DNA of 64,000 nt, taken from sequence record PQ613263. One strand, given 5' to 3'. How positions within the stretch are numbered: position 1 is the first letter of the stretch; each line of letters starts with the position of its first letter. The position numbers and the translations under genes were made by a program. The stretch comes from Shigella phage Moonfish. Positions 48,070-56,636 of this stretch are shown here, one piece after another. A model generated the notes under the pieces. The model ran no database searches, was not told the origin of the DNA, and worked only from the letters and a program-made list of their open reading frames with translations.

Positions 48070-48576
48070 TTATTTACTGCTTCTCGCAGCTACTGGTTTG
48101 TTTTCCTGGTTATTGTACTTGCCTGTGTATGTGGCAGGTTCTTGAACCAGATGAAATAATACTTGAGCTATCCCGGAACCAGCCGGGATATGTAATTTCT
48201 TACGTCCGTGATAGACCAGTTCAAGGGTAAGATACCCTTTCCATCCTGGTTCAATCACGGTATTGAACACTGATAATGCACGTCTTGCCCATGTAGACTT
48301 ATCGTGAACGATTGCTACACAGGATGGGGACATGTTGAACTTCTCAATGGCTGAAGCCAATGCGAACTTACCGAGATGGTGTGATACCTGTTTTCCATCA
48401 ATGATTTTCACCATTGGAATCAACCCAAATAAGCGATAGAAGGTAATATCTTGTTTGATACGAATATCATAACCAGCTTCACCCAACCCATAGCTTACAC
48501 CATGCTCGGATACCTTACGGTCTGGGACATCCAGTAATTGAGAGGAACGATATAGGGAATTACCGTTAACAACCAT
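48070..48576 (-). CDS. dcd: dCTP deaminase / dUTPase-superfamily protein
   Basis: Motif VIEPGWKGYLTLEL resembles the dCTP deaminase signature; 168 aa. Confidence 0.5.
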   Translation of the reverse strand: MVVNGNSLYRSSQLLDVPDRKVSEHGVSYGLGEAGYDIRIKQDITFYRLFGLIPMVKIIDGKQVSHHLGKFALASAIEKFNMSPSCVAIVHDKSTWARRALSVFNTVIEPGWKGYLTLELVYHGRKKLHIPAGSGIAQVLFHLVQEPATYTGKYNNQENKPVAARSSK

Positions 48577-49751
48577 TATTTCATTCCTTTAGGGATATGA
48601 ACTACCTCCCCAAAAGGTACGGTAGCACTAGGATTATTCAGAACACACCATATGATAGGGATATCAAATGGTAATTCCTCCATTGGATGAACATACATAT
48701 CGGAGAATATGATTGCAGCGGTTGGCTTATTCTTAATAATCCAATCCCGTACTGGCACAAGACTTGTACCACCACGGCCCGTAATCTTAATCTCTTCAAA
48801 AGTATCTTCTTCAGTGATGTCTATTTCTTCTTGGATAATATCGTCGAAGGTAATTAAGGACATCTTCTTAGGATTGAACTGGCTCTTAACGTAGGCAACC
48901 TCAGAGTTAAAACGCAGAGAGTCAGCACTACTAATAGAACCAGATACATCCTCAAAGTAAGCTAAGTGTCGTAAGCGTCCTTCATCATCTTCCAGGGATG
49001 GTAGATAGATGTCAGTGAAACGACGGTTAGGTCTGGCCCACGTATAACGTGAGTCATCAATGTCAGTGAAGAAATCCATCAAGACTTCCTGCCATGGAAC
49101 TACTGGCTTAAGGAATTGGGTAATAACCTCTTCCATATGACCAGCACCCTTACCAGGCATTGTTCCACCAGCCATCTTCTGGCTTTGCATCGCACGTACT
49201 ACGTTGTTGACAACAGCACCCTGGGACTGCCCCGGAGTGGGAGCTTTCATGTCGCCAGCAAGACCTGCTCCAGCACCCCCTGACGGCTGCTGCCTTTTCT
49301 GAGGGTTCTTCATCAGGTCATCGTAGATGTCTTCTTCAACCCATCCTTTGTATTGAGGGTCTTTGCAAATACCTTCGTCGATACCAGTGAACTTGTAACC
49401 ATCTTCCTCTAACTGAAGATTAATGAAGTGGTCACATGCCTGGTTCCAGACTTCTGGGTCACGGCTTCCACATCGGATGCCATGCAGATATGCCACATGC
49501 CAGAGTTCGTGCATTAATACGGTTTCTCTGGCATCTGGACACATCCAGACAAAGAAATCGGGATTGAAATGGAGTTCTATCCCATCAGTACATGCAGTGG
49601 GACAATCCTCACGTCTCCATGAGAATTTAAGGCTACACAGCAATGAACCAAAAAACGCTGCGCTGCGTCCAAGAAATGCGTTGGCTTGTATTCTATCGTA
49701 CTCCCTCATTAACTGTTCATCAGTGAGGGTATGTGAAGGTATGTTATTCAT
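48576..49751 (-). CDS. VWA-domain protein with N-terminal metallopeptidase-like domain (partner of the MoxR-like ATPase)
   Basis: HExxH in LMHELWHVAYLH; MIDAS-like FEDVSGSIS; 391 aa. Confidence 0.45.
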   Translation of the reverse strand: MNNIPSHTLTDEQLMREYDRIQANAFLGRSAAFFGSLLCSLKFSWRREDCPTACTDGIELHFNPDFFVWMCPDARETVLMHELWHVAYLHGIRCGSRDPEVWNQACDHFINLQLEEDGYKFTGIDEGICKDPQYKGWVEEDIYDDLMKNPQKRQQPSGGAGAGLAGDMKAPTPGQSQGAVVNNVVRAMQSQKMAGGTMPGKGAGHMEEVITQFLKPVVPWQEVLMDFFTDIDDSRYTWARPNRRFTDIYLPSLEDDEGRLRHLAYFEDVSGSISSADSLRFNSEVAYVKSQFNPKKMSLITFDDIIQEEIDITEEDTFEEIKITGRGGTSLVPVRDWIIKNKPTAAIIFSDMYVHPMEELPFDIPIIWCVLNNPSATVPFGEVVHIPKGMK

Positions 49752-49845
49752 TAAGATGCTCCATGATTAGGGTGATAGCCATACAGTTTTTCAGCTGCTT
49801 TTCTAGCGTCTATGGCATCCTGCTTTTCAGCAAAAGTGCCTAAAC

Positions 49846-50199
49846 TTACCAGATGGAATCTCGTTTATGCCAGTACACCCCAGTTACTCCACTGGAATTA
49901 GTTACACGTTTCTTTTGGTTTCTACTGTTAGTTTTGCTGTCCACCAACCTAAAGTTACTTAATAGATTGTTAACCCTATTATGGTCTATGTGGTCAACCT
50001 GCATTCCCTTTGGTATAGGTCCATTGTGCATTTCCCATATGACACGATGCACTTTGTAGCTTTTGCACTTATAGTTAAAACACAGATACCCATCACCATT
50101 TAAAGAGCCAACCCTGCCCCCAGCAATGGCCCTTGAGGACAATGTAACTTTCCAGAATAGCTCACCATTTTCATAAACGAGTATGTCATTCCAGTTCAT
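49846..50199 (-). CDS. HNH homing endonuclease (free-standing)
   Basis: HRVIWEMHNGPIPKGMQVDHIDHNRVNNLLSNFRLV; wedged between the AAA and VWA genes. Confidence 0.55.
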   Translation of the reverse strand: MNWNDILVYENGELFWKVTLSSRAIAGGRVGSLNGDGYLCFNYKCKSYKVHRVIWEMHNGPIPKGMQVDHIDHNRVNNLLSNFRLVDSKTNSRNQKKRVTNSSGVTGVYWHKRDSIW

Positions 50200-50202
50200 A
50201 GA

Positions 50203-51255
50203 TTATCCGTGAATGTAACGAGAGATATTGGCAGCAGCCTTACGCCATTCAGGGGTAGCCTGAATTTCTGGTAATGCTCTACCTACTGTACGGAAGTACA
50301 GAATCTTATGAGTGAACGTTTTAAAGCGTTCAATGTACTGAAGAACATCAGCGAAGTTTTCTTCAGTAGTTTTGTTAGCCAGATGGTTAACGGTAGCCCA
50401 ACACAGGTTGTTATCTTCCGGTAGTGCACAGCCCATAGGGTCTTTGACTACTTTCTCAATCGTAATCATACGATTGTATACCTGAGTGAACTGAACAAAT
50501 TCTGTAGCCTTACCAGCAGTAACGTGGCCTGCATAATAGATAGAATCTTCATCAGGCAGAGCACCTTCTGGTCGGTTCTTGAGGTCTTTATTAACAAAGT
50601 CCCAGGTACGAGGGCAACAGAATGTTTTGTTCTTGTGGGCAGGATCGAAGTCATGCAGATAACCAGGGTTAGCATGTAAGAATGCAACCAGACGCTCGTC
50701 CCATTCCTGTGGAATCATTACGTCTTCAACAAAGATGTCGAAGTTAAGTTCCATTTCGAAGTGGACAACTCGAGACTGCATTGCAGTACCTAGTGGGTTA
50801 ACAATGGCACGGTCAGTAGCTTTGTTACCAGCACAGACAATCATCACATTAGGGTGAAGTTTTTTCTGACCAGTCATGCGGTCAAGAATTAGTTTGTATG
50901 CAGCAGCTACTACTTCTTTCTTAGCTGAGTTGAACTCATCAAGGAACAGGAGCCATCCATTGTAACCTTCAGGGATTTCATCCCCTTCAATTGGGAACAA
51001 GTCAGCGAATGGAATAAACTCTGCACGGTCACCATTACGGAATGGTAGACCTGATAGGTCTTCTGGGGCAGAAGTAGACAGACGATGGTCAATCAGCTTC
51101 ATACCAAATTCATCTGCAACAGAACGAATAATTGCAGATTTACCCATGCCTGGTGATGAAGTCAGGAACGGTACGTTACCTGCTTGTAAGGCACGGATAA
51201 TAAAGTTACGGGCTTGACGTGTGTTACATACAGTCAAGGAGTCAATGCTTGCCAT
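50203..51255 (-). CDS. MoxR-like AAA+ ATPase
   Basis: Walker A SSPGMGKSAI, Walker B LLFLDEFN; 350 aa. Confidence 0.55.
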   Translation of the reverse strand: MASIDSLTVCNTRQARNFIIRALQAGNVPFLTSSPGMGKSAIIRSVADEFGMKLIDHRLSTSAPEDLSGLPFRNGDRAEFIPFADLFPIEGDEIPEGYNGWLLFLDEFNSAKKEVVAAAYKLILDRMTGQKKLHPNVMIVCAGNKATDRAIVNPLGTAMQSRVVHFEMELNFDIFVEDVMIPQEWDERLVAFLHANPGYLHDFDPAHKNKTFCCPRTWDFVNKDLKNRPEGALPDEDSIYYAGHVTAGKATEFVQFTQVYNRMITIEKVVKDPMGCALPEDNNLCWATVNHLANKTTEENFADVLQYIERFKTFTHKILYFRTVGRALPEIQATPEWRKAAANISRYIHG

Positions 51256-51289
51256 TTACTTACTCTCCTAAAGGTAATGGAATTACTAA

Positions 51290-51619
51290 TTAAGATTTAA
51301 CACAAGGGTATGCTTTATTAACGGCGTAGCTCATGATTGCGAATGAGGACTGCATCGATAATACTTCAGGGTCATACACAATTACTCGCGCTACACGATC
51401 GGTGATGCTTCCGTACTTCATTCCTTCCGGGATACAGTTTTCAGTACTATCCCCATACAATTGAACCATGCCAGAGAAGTAACCTTGTAGGAAATGCCTA
51501 CCAGCGTCATTGTGGTAAGCTTGTGCAGCCTTAATAAGGTTATCTGCTGAGCCAGATGCCTTAGCAGAAAAGGACAGAGCTGACAAAGCTACTACAGCAA
51601 CAGCAATTAAAGTTTTCAT
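51290..51619 (-). CDS. Secreted/periplasmic small protein
   Basis: Signal peptide MKTLIAVAVVALSALSFSAKASG; 109 aa. Confidence 0.4.
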   Translation of the reverse strand: MKTLIAVAVVALSALSFSAKASGSADNLIKAAQAYHNDAGRHFLQGYFSGMVQLYGDSTENCIPEGMKYGSITDRVARVIVYDPEVLSMQSSFAIMSYAVNKAYPCVKS

Positions 51620-51805
51620 TTAGTTACCTTTTAACTCGTTGAGTTGAAGTACTCCGGTAGGGGTTAATGACCACCCAAGACCAGCATTGAACTGTACTAA
51701 GCCCAGTTTCTTAAGAGACTGTGCGGTTTTGTTATTACGGTTGCTGGTGGCAGAACCACCTTGAACCATGCGAAGGAATATTACTTGGGACTGGGTAAGT
51801 TTCAT
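51620..51805 (-). CDS. Hypothetical small protein
   Basis: 61-aa ORF. Confidence 0.25.
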   Translation of the reverse strand: MKLTQSQVIFLRMVQGGSATSNRNNKTAQSLKKLGLVQFNAGLGWSLTPTGVLQLNELKGN

Positions 51806-51990
51806 TTCTTCTCCGGTACGAACTGTATTACACAGCTTTGGTTACGAGGGATATTCAATTCACATTCATGCTTGAGGGTTTGTGTTACAGAAATTGGAAT
51901 AGAACCAAAGTAGGTATTAGAAATAGCTACAATTCCTGCACCAATTAACCCTCCTAACATGAACGAGAATAATGAAAGCTCTTTATACAT
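51802..51990 (-). CDS. Small membrane protein
   Basis: 62 aa with TM segment LFSFMLGGLIGAGIVAI. Confidence 0.3.
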   Translation of the reverse strand: MYKELSLFSFMLGGLIGAGIVAISNTYFGSIPISVTQTLKHECELNIPRNQSCVIQFVPEKK

Positions 51991-52014
51991 TTCCTGGCTC
52001 CAGTTTGTTTAAGT

Positions 52015-52044
52015 CAAAAAAAGACCTCCCTTCAATAGGGAGGC
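52015..52044 (-). terminator. Rho-independent terminator
   Basis: Hairpin cctccc-ttcaata-gggagg with flanking A-run on + (U-run on -). Confidence 0.5.
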
Positions 52045-52095
52045 CAAACTTGAGGGTTTCATGTCAGGGTTTGTAACCCCAAATAAGGGATACCC

Positions 52096-52677
52096 TTACT
52101 CTTCAACAGTATCAGCGTAGTAGCCTACAGCCAGCAATGAGGTATCTTCTACCGTGGTTCCATTAGCATCAGTAACAATCACTTTATAAGTACCAGCAGA
52201 AGCAGCTGTTACGTTACTAAGGGTCAATGTTGCAGTAGCAGCAGATGCGTTATCGCCAGAATCAATATCAGCGAATACTGCACCATCAGTGTCTGCTTTG
52301 AATTGCCACTTATAAGTAAATGGTGCTTTACCACCTGCTACATCAATATGCCAGTTAATATCTTCACCTTCGATGGCAGAGATTACACGAGGCAGTTTGG
52401 TAGCAATAGTCAGTCGTGGAGTAGCTTTCATATCAATAGAGATAGACTGCATATCCACGATGTTGTCAGGCCAGAAGCCTTCTTCAGCAGGGTTTTTAGC
52501 AGATCGTTTATACAACAGGTCACGTACACCGTGATAAATAACCAAGCTATCAGGGTAAGTGGCATCTGGATGTTCAAAAGTACCTACTTCCACGGAACCA
52601 CCTGGAACACTGCCACCTGAATCAAGCACGGTAGCAACGTTGGTAGTTTTATTAAACGCAATCTTTAGGGTTGGCAT
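52096..52677 (-). CDS. Ig-like-domain protein (possibly N4 gp17-like capsid decoration protein)
   Basis: C-terminal TATLTLSNVTAASAGTYKVIVTDANGTTVEDTS resembles bacterial Ig-like domains; followed by a strong terminator. Confidence 0.35.
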   Translation of the reverse strand: MPTLKIAFNKTTNVATVLDSGGSVPGGSVEVGTFEHPDATYPDSLVIYHGVRDLLYKRSAKNPAEEGFWPDNIVDMQSISIDMKATPRLTIATKLPRVISAIEGEDINWHIDVAGGKAPFTYKWQFKADTDGAVFADIDSGDNASAATATLTLSNVTAASAGTYKVIVTDANGTTVEDTSLLAVGYYADTVEE

Positions 52678-52723
52678 GTATGTATCCTCTTGAGTAAATA
52701 TGCCTAATCATTATGAAGGCTGA

Positions 52724-52754
52724 TAAAAAAGAAAGCCACCCTTGAGGGTGGCTA
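52724..52754 (-). terminator. Rho-independent terminator
   Basis: Hairpin agccaccc-ttga-gggtggct with A-run on +. Confidence 0.5.
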
Positions 52755-52970
52755 GTTGTTGATGTGGTAAATCCAGTAAGCTATCCAACCGGCTAATACA
52801 AAGCATCCGGCAGAGTACGCCCCATAGTAGCAATAGGCAAACTTGGATTTATGAGCGTTAACCATAGTGAGTATTACAATAGCAGATAAAACTATCAGTA
52901 CGGTTTTAGTAATAACATCATAGATGTCTGGCATGTTGACTACCTCCAAGCAAAAAATAAAAGGCCTCAC
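52752..52970 (-). CDS. Small membrane protein
   Basis: 72 aa, two hydrophobic helices. Confidence 0.3.
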   Translation of the reverse strand: MRPFIFCLEVVNMPDIYDVITKTVLIVLSAIVILTMVNAHKSKFAYCYYGAYSAGCFVLAGWIAYWIYHINN

Positions 52971-52988
52971 ACCCGAAGGTATGAGGCC
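52952..52988 (-). terminator. Rho-independent terminator after the RNA polymerase II gene
   Basis: Hairpin ggcctca...tgaggcc preceded on + by AAAAAATAAAA. Confidence 0.5.
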
Positions 52989-52994
52989 AGTTTA

Positions 52995-53222
52995 TTAACT
53001 TAATGCATAATCCGTTTCAAGAATGTCCTGCCAGAGGCTGTCATCCAGCTTACCCGCAGAGAACTCTTGTCCCAGTACCTGAGATAGGATGAAGCCCAGC
53101 AAGTCACTCTTAGCAATGTCAGATAGAATCTGATTGTACTGACGACGTAGGTCATTACCATAGTTAGGATGACAACGAAAACCATTAGTTAAACGAGTCG
53201 TTAGCTCGCCCTTACCTTCCAT
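52995..53222 (-). CDS. RNA polymerase II large subunit, C-terminal segment (downstream exon or fragment)
   Basis: Ends WQDILETDYALS, resembling the T7 RNAP C-terminus LRDILESDFAFA; overlaps the HNH ORF stop. Confidence 0.5.
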   Translation of the reverse strand: MEGKGELTTRLTNGFRCHPNYGNDLRRQYNQILSDIAKSDLLGFILSQVLGQEFSAGKLDDSLWQDILETDYALS

Positions 53223-53856
53223 GATTAACATGAAAGCCATATGTAGCATCTGCTTGTTTACGAGCAAGCATTGCCTCCTCAAGTGTGTCGTACGTACCCA
53301 GACCGATCTGTTTGCGATTGACTGTGATGTGTGCCTGAAATCTACCAGAAGGCAGTATTCTCACACCGTTCACTTTGCTTGAAGTATTACTAGATAAACT
53401 CATATTCATCTGGTTCTGTCTGCTGGTTACATTTCTCAAATTAGACCAACGATTGTCGTTTCTAGTATGATTGATGTGGTCCACCTGGTTAGGTGTTTCC
53501 CCAGTTTCCATTATCCAGATTATTCGATGTAGTAAGTACTCTTTGCGGCCCAGGCTAACGGATAGATACCCTTCTTTGTGAGGATACCCCACAATTGTTC
53601 CGGCTAACCCACTGGCAGAGTCATAACGATGAGTCACTAGCCCACTATCCCTGTCATACCTTAAAACCTTCTGCAAAGATTCTTGGGTAATATTACCCAA
53701 GTTTATTATTAGGTTTTTACAGGTAGAGCATAGATGACCTATTGGACTCTTTCTAGCATCATAGAAGTTACAAACAAACTCATTAGAGCATTGCTTGCAA
53801 CTACAGATAGCTGTGTACTTACCAGTTTTACGTAATATTTGAGAGTTATCTAACAT
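53212..53856 (-). CDS. HNH-AP2 homing endonuclease inserted in the RNA polymerase II large-subunit gene
   Basis: HNH motif HRIIWIMETGETPNQVDHINHTRNDNRWSNL plus AP2-like NGVRILPSGRFQAHITVNRKQIGLGTYDTLEEA; own RBS. Confidence 0.6.
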   Translation of the reverse strand: MLDNSQILRKTGKYTAICSCKQCSNEFVCNFYDARKSPIGHLCSTCKNLIINLGNITQESLQKVLRYDRDSGLVTHRYDSASGLAGTIVGYPHKEGYLSVSLGRKEYLLHRIIWIMETGETPNQVDHINHTRNDNRWSNLRNVTSRQNQMNMSLSSNTSSKVNGVRILPSGRFQAHITVNRKQIGLGTYDTLEEAMLARKQADATYGFHVNHGR

Positions 53857-54148
53857 ATGGATTCCTTAGTAATTTTGCATACAATTTCAGATTGTATCCT
53901 AACCAAGGAAGTAAGTCTCCAATTTTCACTGGAGTATCGGACTATATCATCACCCACTAATCAGTGGGGCAAGGCGCTTGGGTGGTCACTTGACTCACCT
54001 ACTCTACTCACATACGAAATGCTTTCGATAGTCTCTGAACCTTCCCTCATAGAGGGCTTGGCTGCTGATTGGCATATCCATAGGACTTAGCTTTCCAGCA
54101 ATTCACCTTGTTTTCGACACGGATTACTCCGTGAAGGATCATTTATGT

Positions 54149-55180
54149 TTAATCATGTACAGTCAATACAGGGAATGGCTTCTTAGGTAAAGTGTCCAGC
54201 ATGTCTGCTACTACCTGACGGTCAACCATAGCAATAGTGCCTGGGTCGAGATAGTCGATAATAGACATAGATAAGAATCCAGACTTCTCGTAGTGTTCCC
54301 ACAAGGTCTGTACCATTTCCATGTTACCTTCAATCTCCCCATACTCTGCTGGGCCTGTGTCGCAGAGTTCACGAACAGCAGCAACCAGGTTAGCATCGAA
54401 GTTACAACGACGCAGCATCTCGCGTACCACCATCCCATCAATAGAGTGGGTGATGTTAGCAGAGAGCATACGAGTCTTCTCTTCAGTACCCTGAACCATG
54501 CGGGTAATGTCGAATGGTTTACCTAAGAAGTTAACAGTCTGTACTTCTGGAACCATGACCTTAATGACGGCATGGAAGTTGTCAGACAATACCCATACGT
54601 AACGGTTAGCATCCGGGTTACCACATTGCAGTAAGAACTTGTTCAATGCCCAAGGCCCACTAGCAACAGTTTCCATTACATTCTCAAAAGTCTTGAGACG
54701 GATACCCTCACCGAATACTTCTTTAGGCTTAGCTTCTGAACCGTAGAATGCAGTCATAACTGCCTGCTTAGTGTCACTACGCTTAATACGAGATGCTTCA
54801 CCAAGGATGTCCAACATCTTGTGATAGATAACTGTATAAGCATCACGACGTAATGGCTTACCGTTTTCACCCATGTAGTTAACTACGTTACACAGTTCAG
54901 CAGCAGAACGGTCACCAGTCAGGCAAGCCAGTAACTGCAAGCCTGATGATGTAGCATCCAGAGCTACGGCATAGCCAATAGGCTTACCGGCTTTCATATC
55001 TTTCCATGCGTTTACACCTGCATAGAACAATGCGGATTCTTCAGCTTCATCTACCAGATTAAGCAGGTTAGCTTCGTTTTCATCGAACCAGCTAATACGT
55101 TCATCCCATGTTTTCTTATCCAGACCCATGTTATTCGCAATATCAATCTTTAAATATTCTTTCGCTGTGAAAAGCTGCAT
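54149..55180 (-). CDS. T7-like single-subunit RNA polymerase, N4 RNAP II large subunit (gp16-like), N-terminal segment ending at motif C
   Basis: Motif A ALDATSSGLQ (T7 DGSCSGIQ), motif B RSDTKQAVMTAFYGSE (T7 RSVTKRSVMTLAYGSK); ORF stops right after VHD (T7 motif C IHDSFG). Confidence 0.7.
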   Translation of the reverse strand: MQLFTAKEYLKIDIANNMGLDKKTWDERISWFDENEANLLNLVDEAEESALFYAGVNAWKDMKAGKPIGYAVALDATSSGLQLLACLTGDRSAAELCNVVNYMGENGKPLRRDAYTVIYHKMLDILGEASRIKRSDTKQAVMTAFYGSEAKPKEVFGEGIRLKTFENVMETVASGPWALNKFLLQCGNPDANRYVWVLSDNFHAVIKVMVPEVQTVNFLGKPFDITRMVQGTEEKTRMLSANITHSIDGMVVREMLRRCNFDANLVAAVRELCDTGPAEYGEIEGNMEMVQTLWEHYEKSGFLSMSIIDYLDPGTIAMVDRQVVADMLDTLPKKPFPVLTVHD

Positions 55181-55181
55181 C

Positions 55182-55763
55182 TTAAGCTCCTAGTTTCCAC
55201 GTATAGCCATATGCTTGTGCATATGTACCAATAATTGATTGTTTAATGTTTGATGGTATTCCATTTACACTGCGTGCTGCTGCACTCAGTGAATGGAATG
55301 TCTGGATGTAAATACCATCCAGTGTGTATTGCTCTACAGGGATAGCAGATTTGGTATTAATACCGTTGATTGCATCAGAGTAATACCTTCTTACATTGGC
55401 GTTTACCGTAACAACACGAATGTTATCCAGTGAGTAACCTTTATAGTCATCCAGCCTGTCAAGGCTTGGCTTCAGGTTGGTTGGGTAATCCTCTATTACC
55501 CATTTATCATACAGAGTGTGAAACTCTTTCTTTGATAACACCCATTGTTCTAGTTCCTCTTTAGTAAAAGTAACAGGATTAAACCCTTTCTTCTTGGTTC
55601 TGCTTACGCAACCGGAGTACATTTGATTAATGACTCCTTGTTTGGAATGGATAAAACGTTTCACACAGTCTTTACAGTCTGCTCTTACACCCTGTTTACC
55701 TGTGGACTGTTTATTGAACATGTCCAGAGGCAAGTTCTGCTTACATACTGAACATGTCTTCAT
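55182..55763 (-). CDS. Putative homing-endonuclease-like DNA-binding protein (Cys-rich N-terminus, NUMOD-like HTH C-terminus)
   Basis: CSVCKQ...CKDC at N-terminus; C-terminal FHSLSAAARSVNGIPSNIKQSIIG...GYTWK; stop/start within 1-3 nt of both neighbours. Confidence 0.35.
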   Translation of the reverse strand: MKTCSVCKQNLPLDMFNKQSTGKQGVRADCKDCVKRFIHSKQGVINQMYSGCVSRTKKKGFNPVTFTKEELEQWVLSKKEFHTLYDKWVIEDYPTNLKPSLDRLDDYKGYSLDNIRVVTVNANVRRYYSDAINGINTKSAIPVEQYTLDGIYIQTFHSLSAAARSVNGIPSNIKQSIIGTYAQAYGYTWKLGA

Positions 55764-55764
55764 A

Positions 55765-56583
55765 TTAATCCTCGTTTACTAACTCTTTATCTGCGAACTC
55801 TATAACTGCCTTATTGTAAGAGGTTCCCGCATAGTTAATATGGTATCCACATGCATATGTTCTTCCCCTCTTATCAAATTTATGTGCTAGTGAGAAGTTA
55901 TTACCTTCTTTGGTCACTAACTCCATTACTTCCTTAGCTGTACGGCTGTACTTCTCAAAGGCTTTAACTCGTTTCTCATAGTCCTGACGGGTTTCACCCT
56001 CTTTGGGTTTATCCATGTTAGGACGAGAGTCTTTTACATAGTTGGCAACGTCCCAGTTAATACAGAGTCGTTGGTTGTTCATACGGTTAATGTGGTCAAG
56101 GCAGACGTCCATCTCATGATGGTTCTTCTTGAGGATGATTGAGCCTTTAGATTCATAGTAGCCAGTGTCCCGATTAGTCAGGACTGGCTTAGGCTTACTG
56201 ACGATAGGTAATGGATACTGGAATGCCTCCAGTTCCATCTGAACATCTTCACTAATCTCATAAATAACACCGAACTTGTCGATGGTAGGGTCATAGTTGA
56301 AGCAGTCATTCTCTGCCATCTTATACAGACAGTCAGCGATATACTGAGCGTCATCTGAGTGACTCATGAGAGAGCCAATCATAGTCTGAATGTCAGCACG
56401 TTTATGTAGGGCAATCTGCACCATTGCATCAATGAGCAGCTTATAATCAATTTCTAAATAGGCGGCGAATGCCTTAAAGTCAATTTCTTTGGAGTCCTCA
56501 AATTCCTTCCTCATGCGAGGGAGTAATTGGTTTTTGTTGAAAAGGATTTCAAGTTGCTTCTGATGTTCAATAGATGAGTACAT
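55765..56583 (-). CDS. RNA polymerase II small subunit (N4 gp15-like)
   Basis: 272-aa ORF immediately upstream of the large subunit; sizes match the N4 two-subunit RNAP II. Confidence 0.45.
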   Translation of the reverse strand: MYSSIEHQKQLEILFNKNQLLPRMRKEFEDSKEIDFKAFAAYLEIDYKLLIDAMVQIALHKRADIQTMIGSLMSHSDDAQYIADCLYKMAENDCFNYDPTIDKFGVIYEISEDVQMELEAFQYPLPIVSKPKPVLTNRDTGYYESKGSIILKKNHHEMDVCLDHINRMNNQRLCINWDVANYVKDSRPNMDKPKEGETRQDYEKRVKAFEKYSRTAKEVMELVTKEGNNFSLAHKFDKRGRTYACGYHINYAGTSYNKAVIEFADKELVNED

Positions 56584-56616
56584 CGCATATTCTCCTAAAT
56601 GTTATTAATAACCAAA

Positions 56617-56631
56617 AGCTGCGGAGCAGCT
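56617..56631 (-). promoter_or_regulatory. Hairpin promoter candidate (N4 vRNAP-type), core agctGCGGAGCagct
   Basis: 6-bp stem, 3-nt GGA loop; 35 nt upstream of the RNAP II small-subunit start; identical core at three other sites. Confidence 0.55.
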
Positions 56632-56636
56632 ATTAC

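Noticed and set aside
53857-54090. + strand 77-aa ORF between the RNAP II piece and the HNH ORF
   Set aside because: It lies in the intron-like non-coding segment on the strand opposite to all neighbouring genes.
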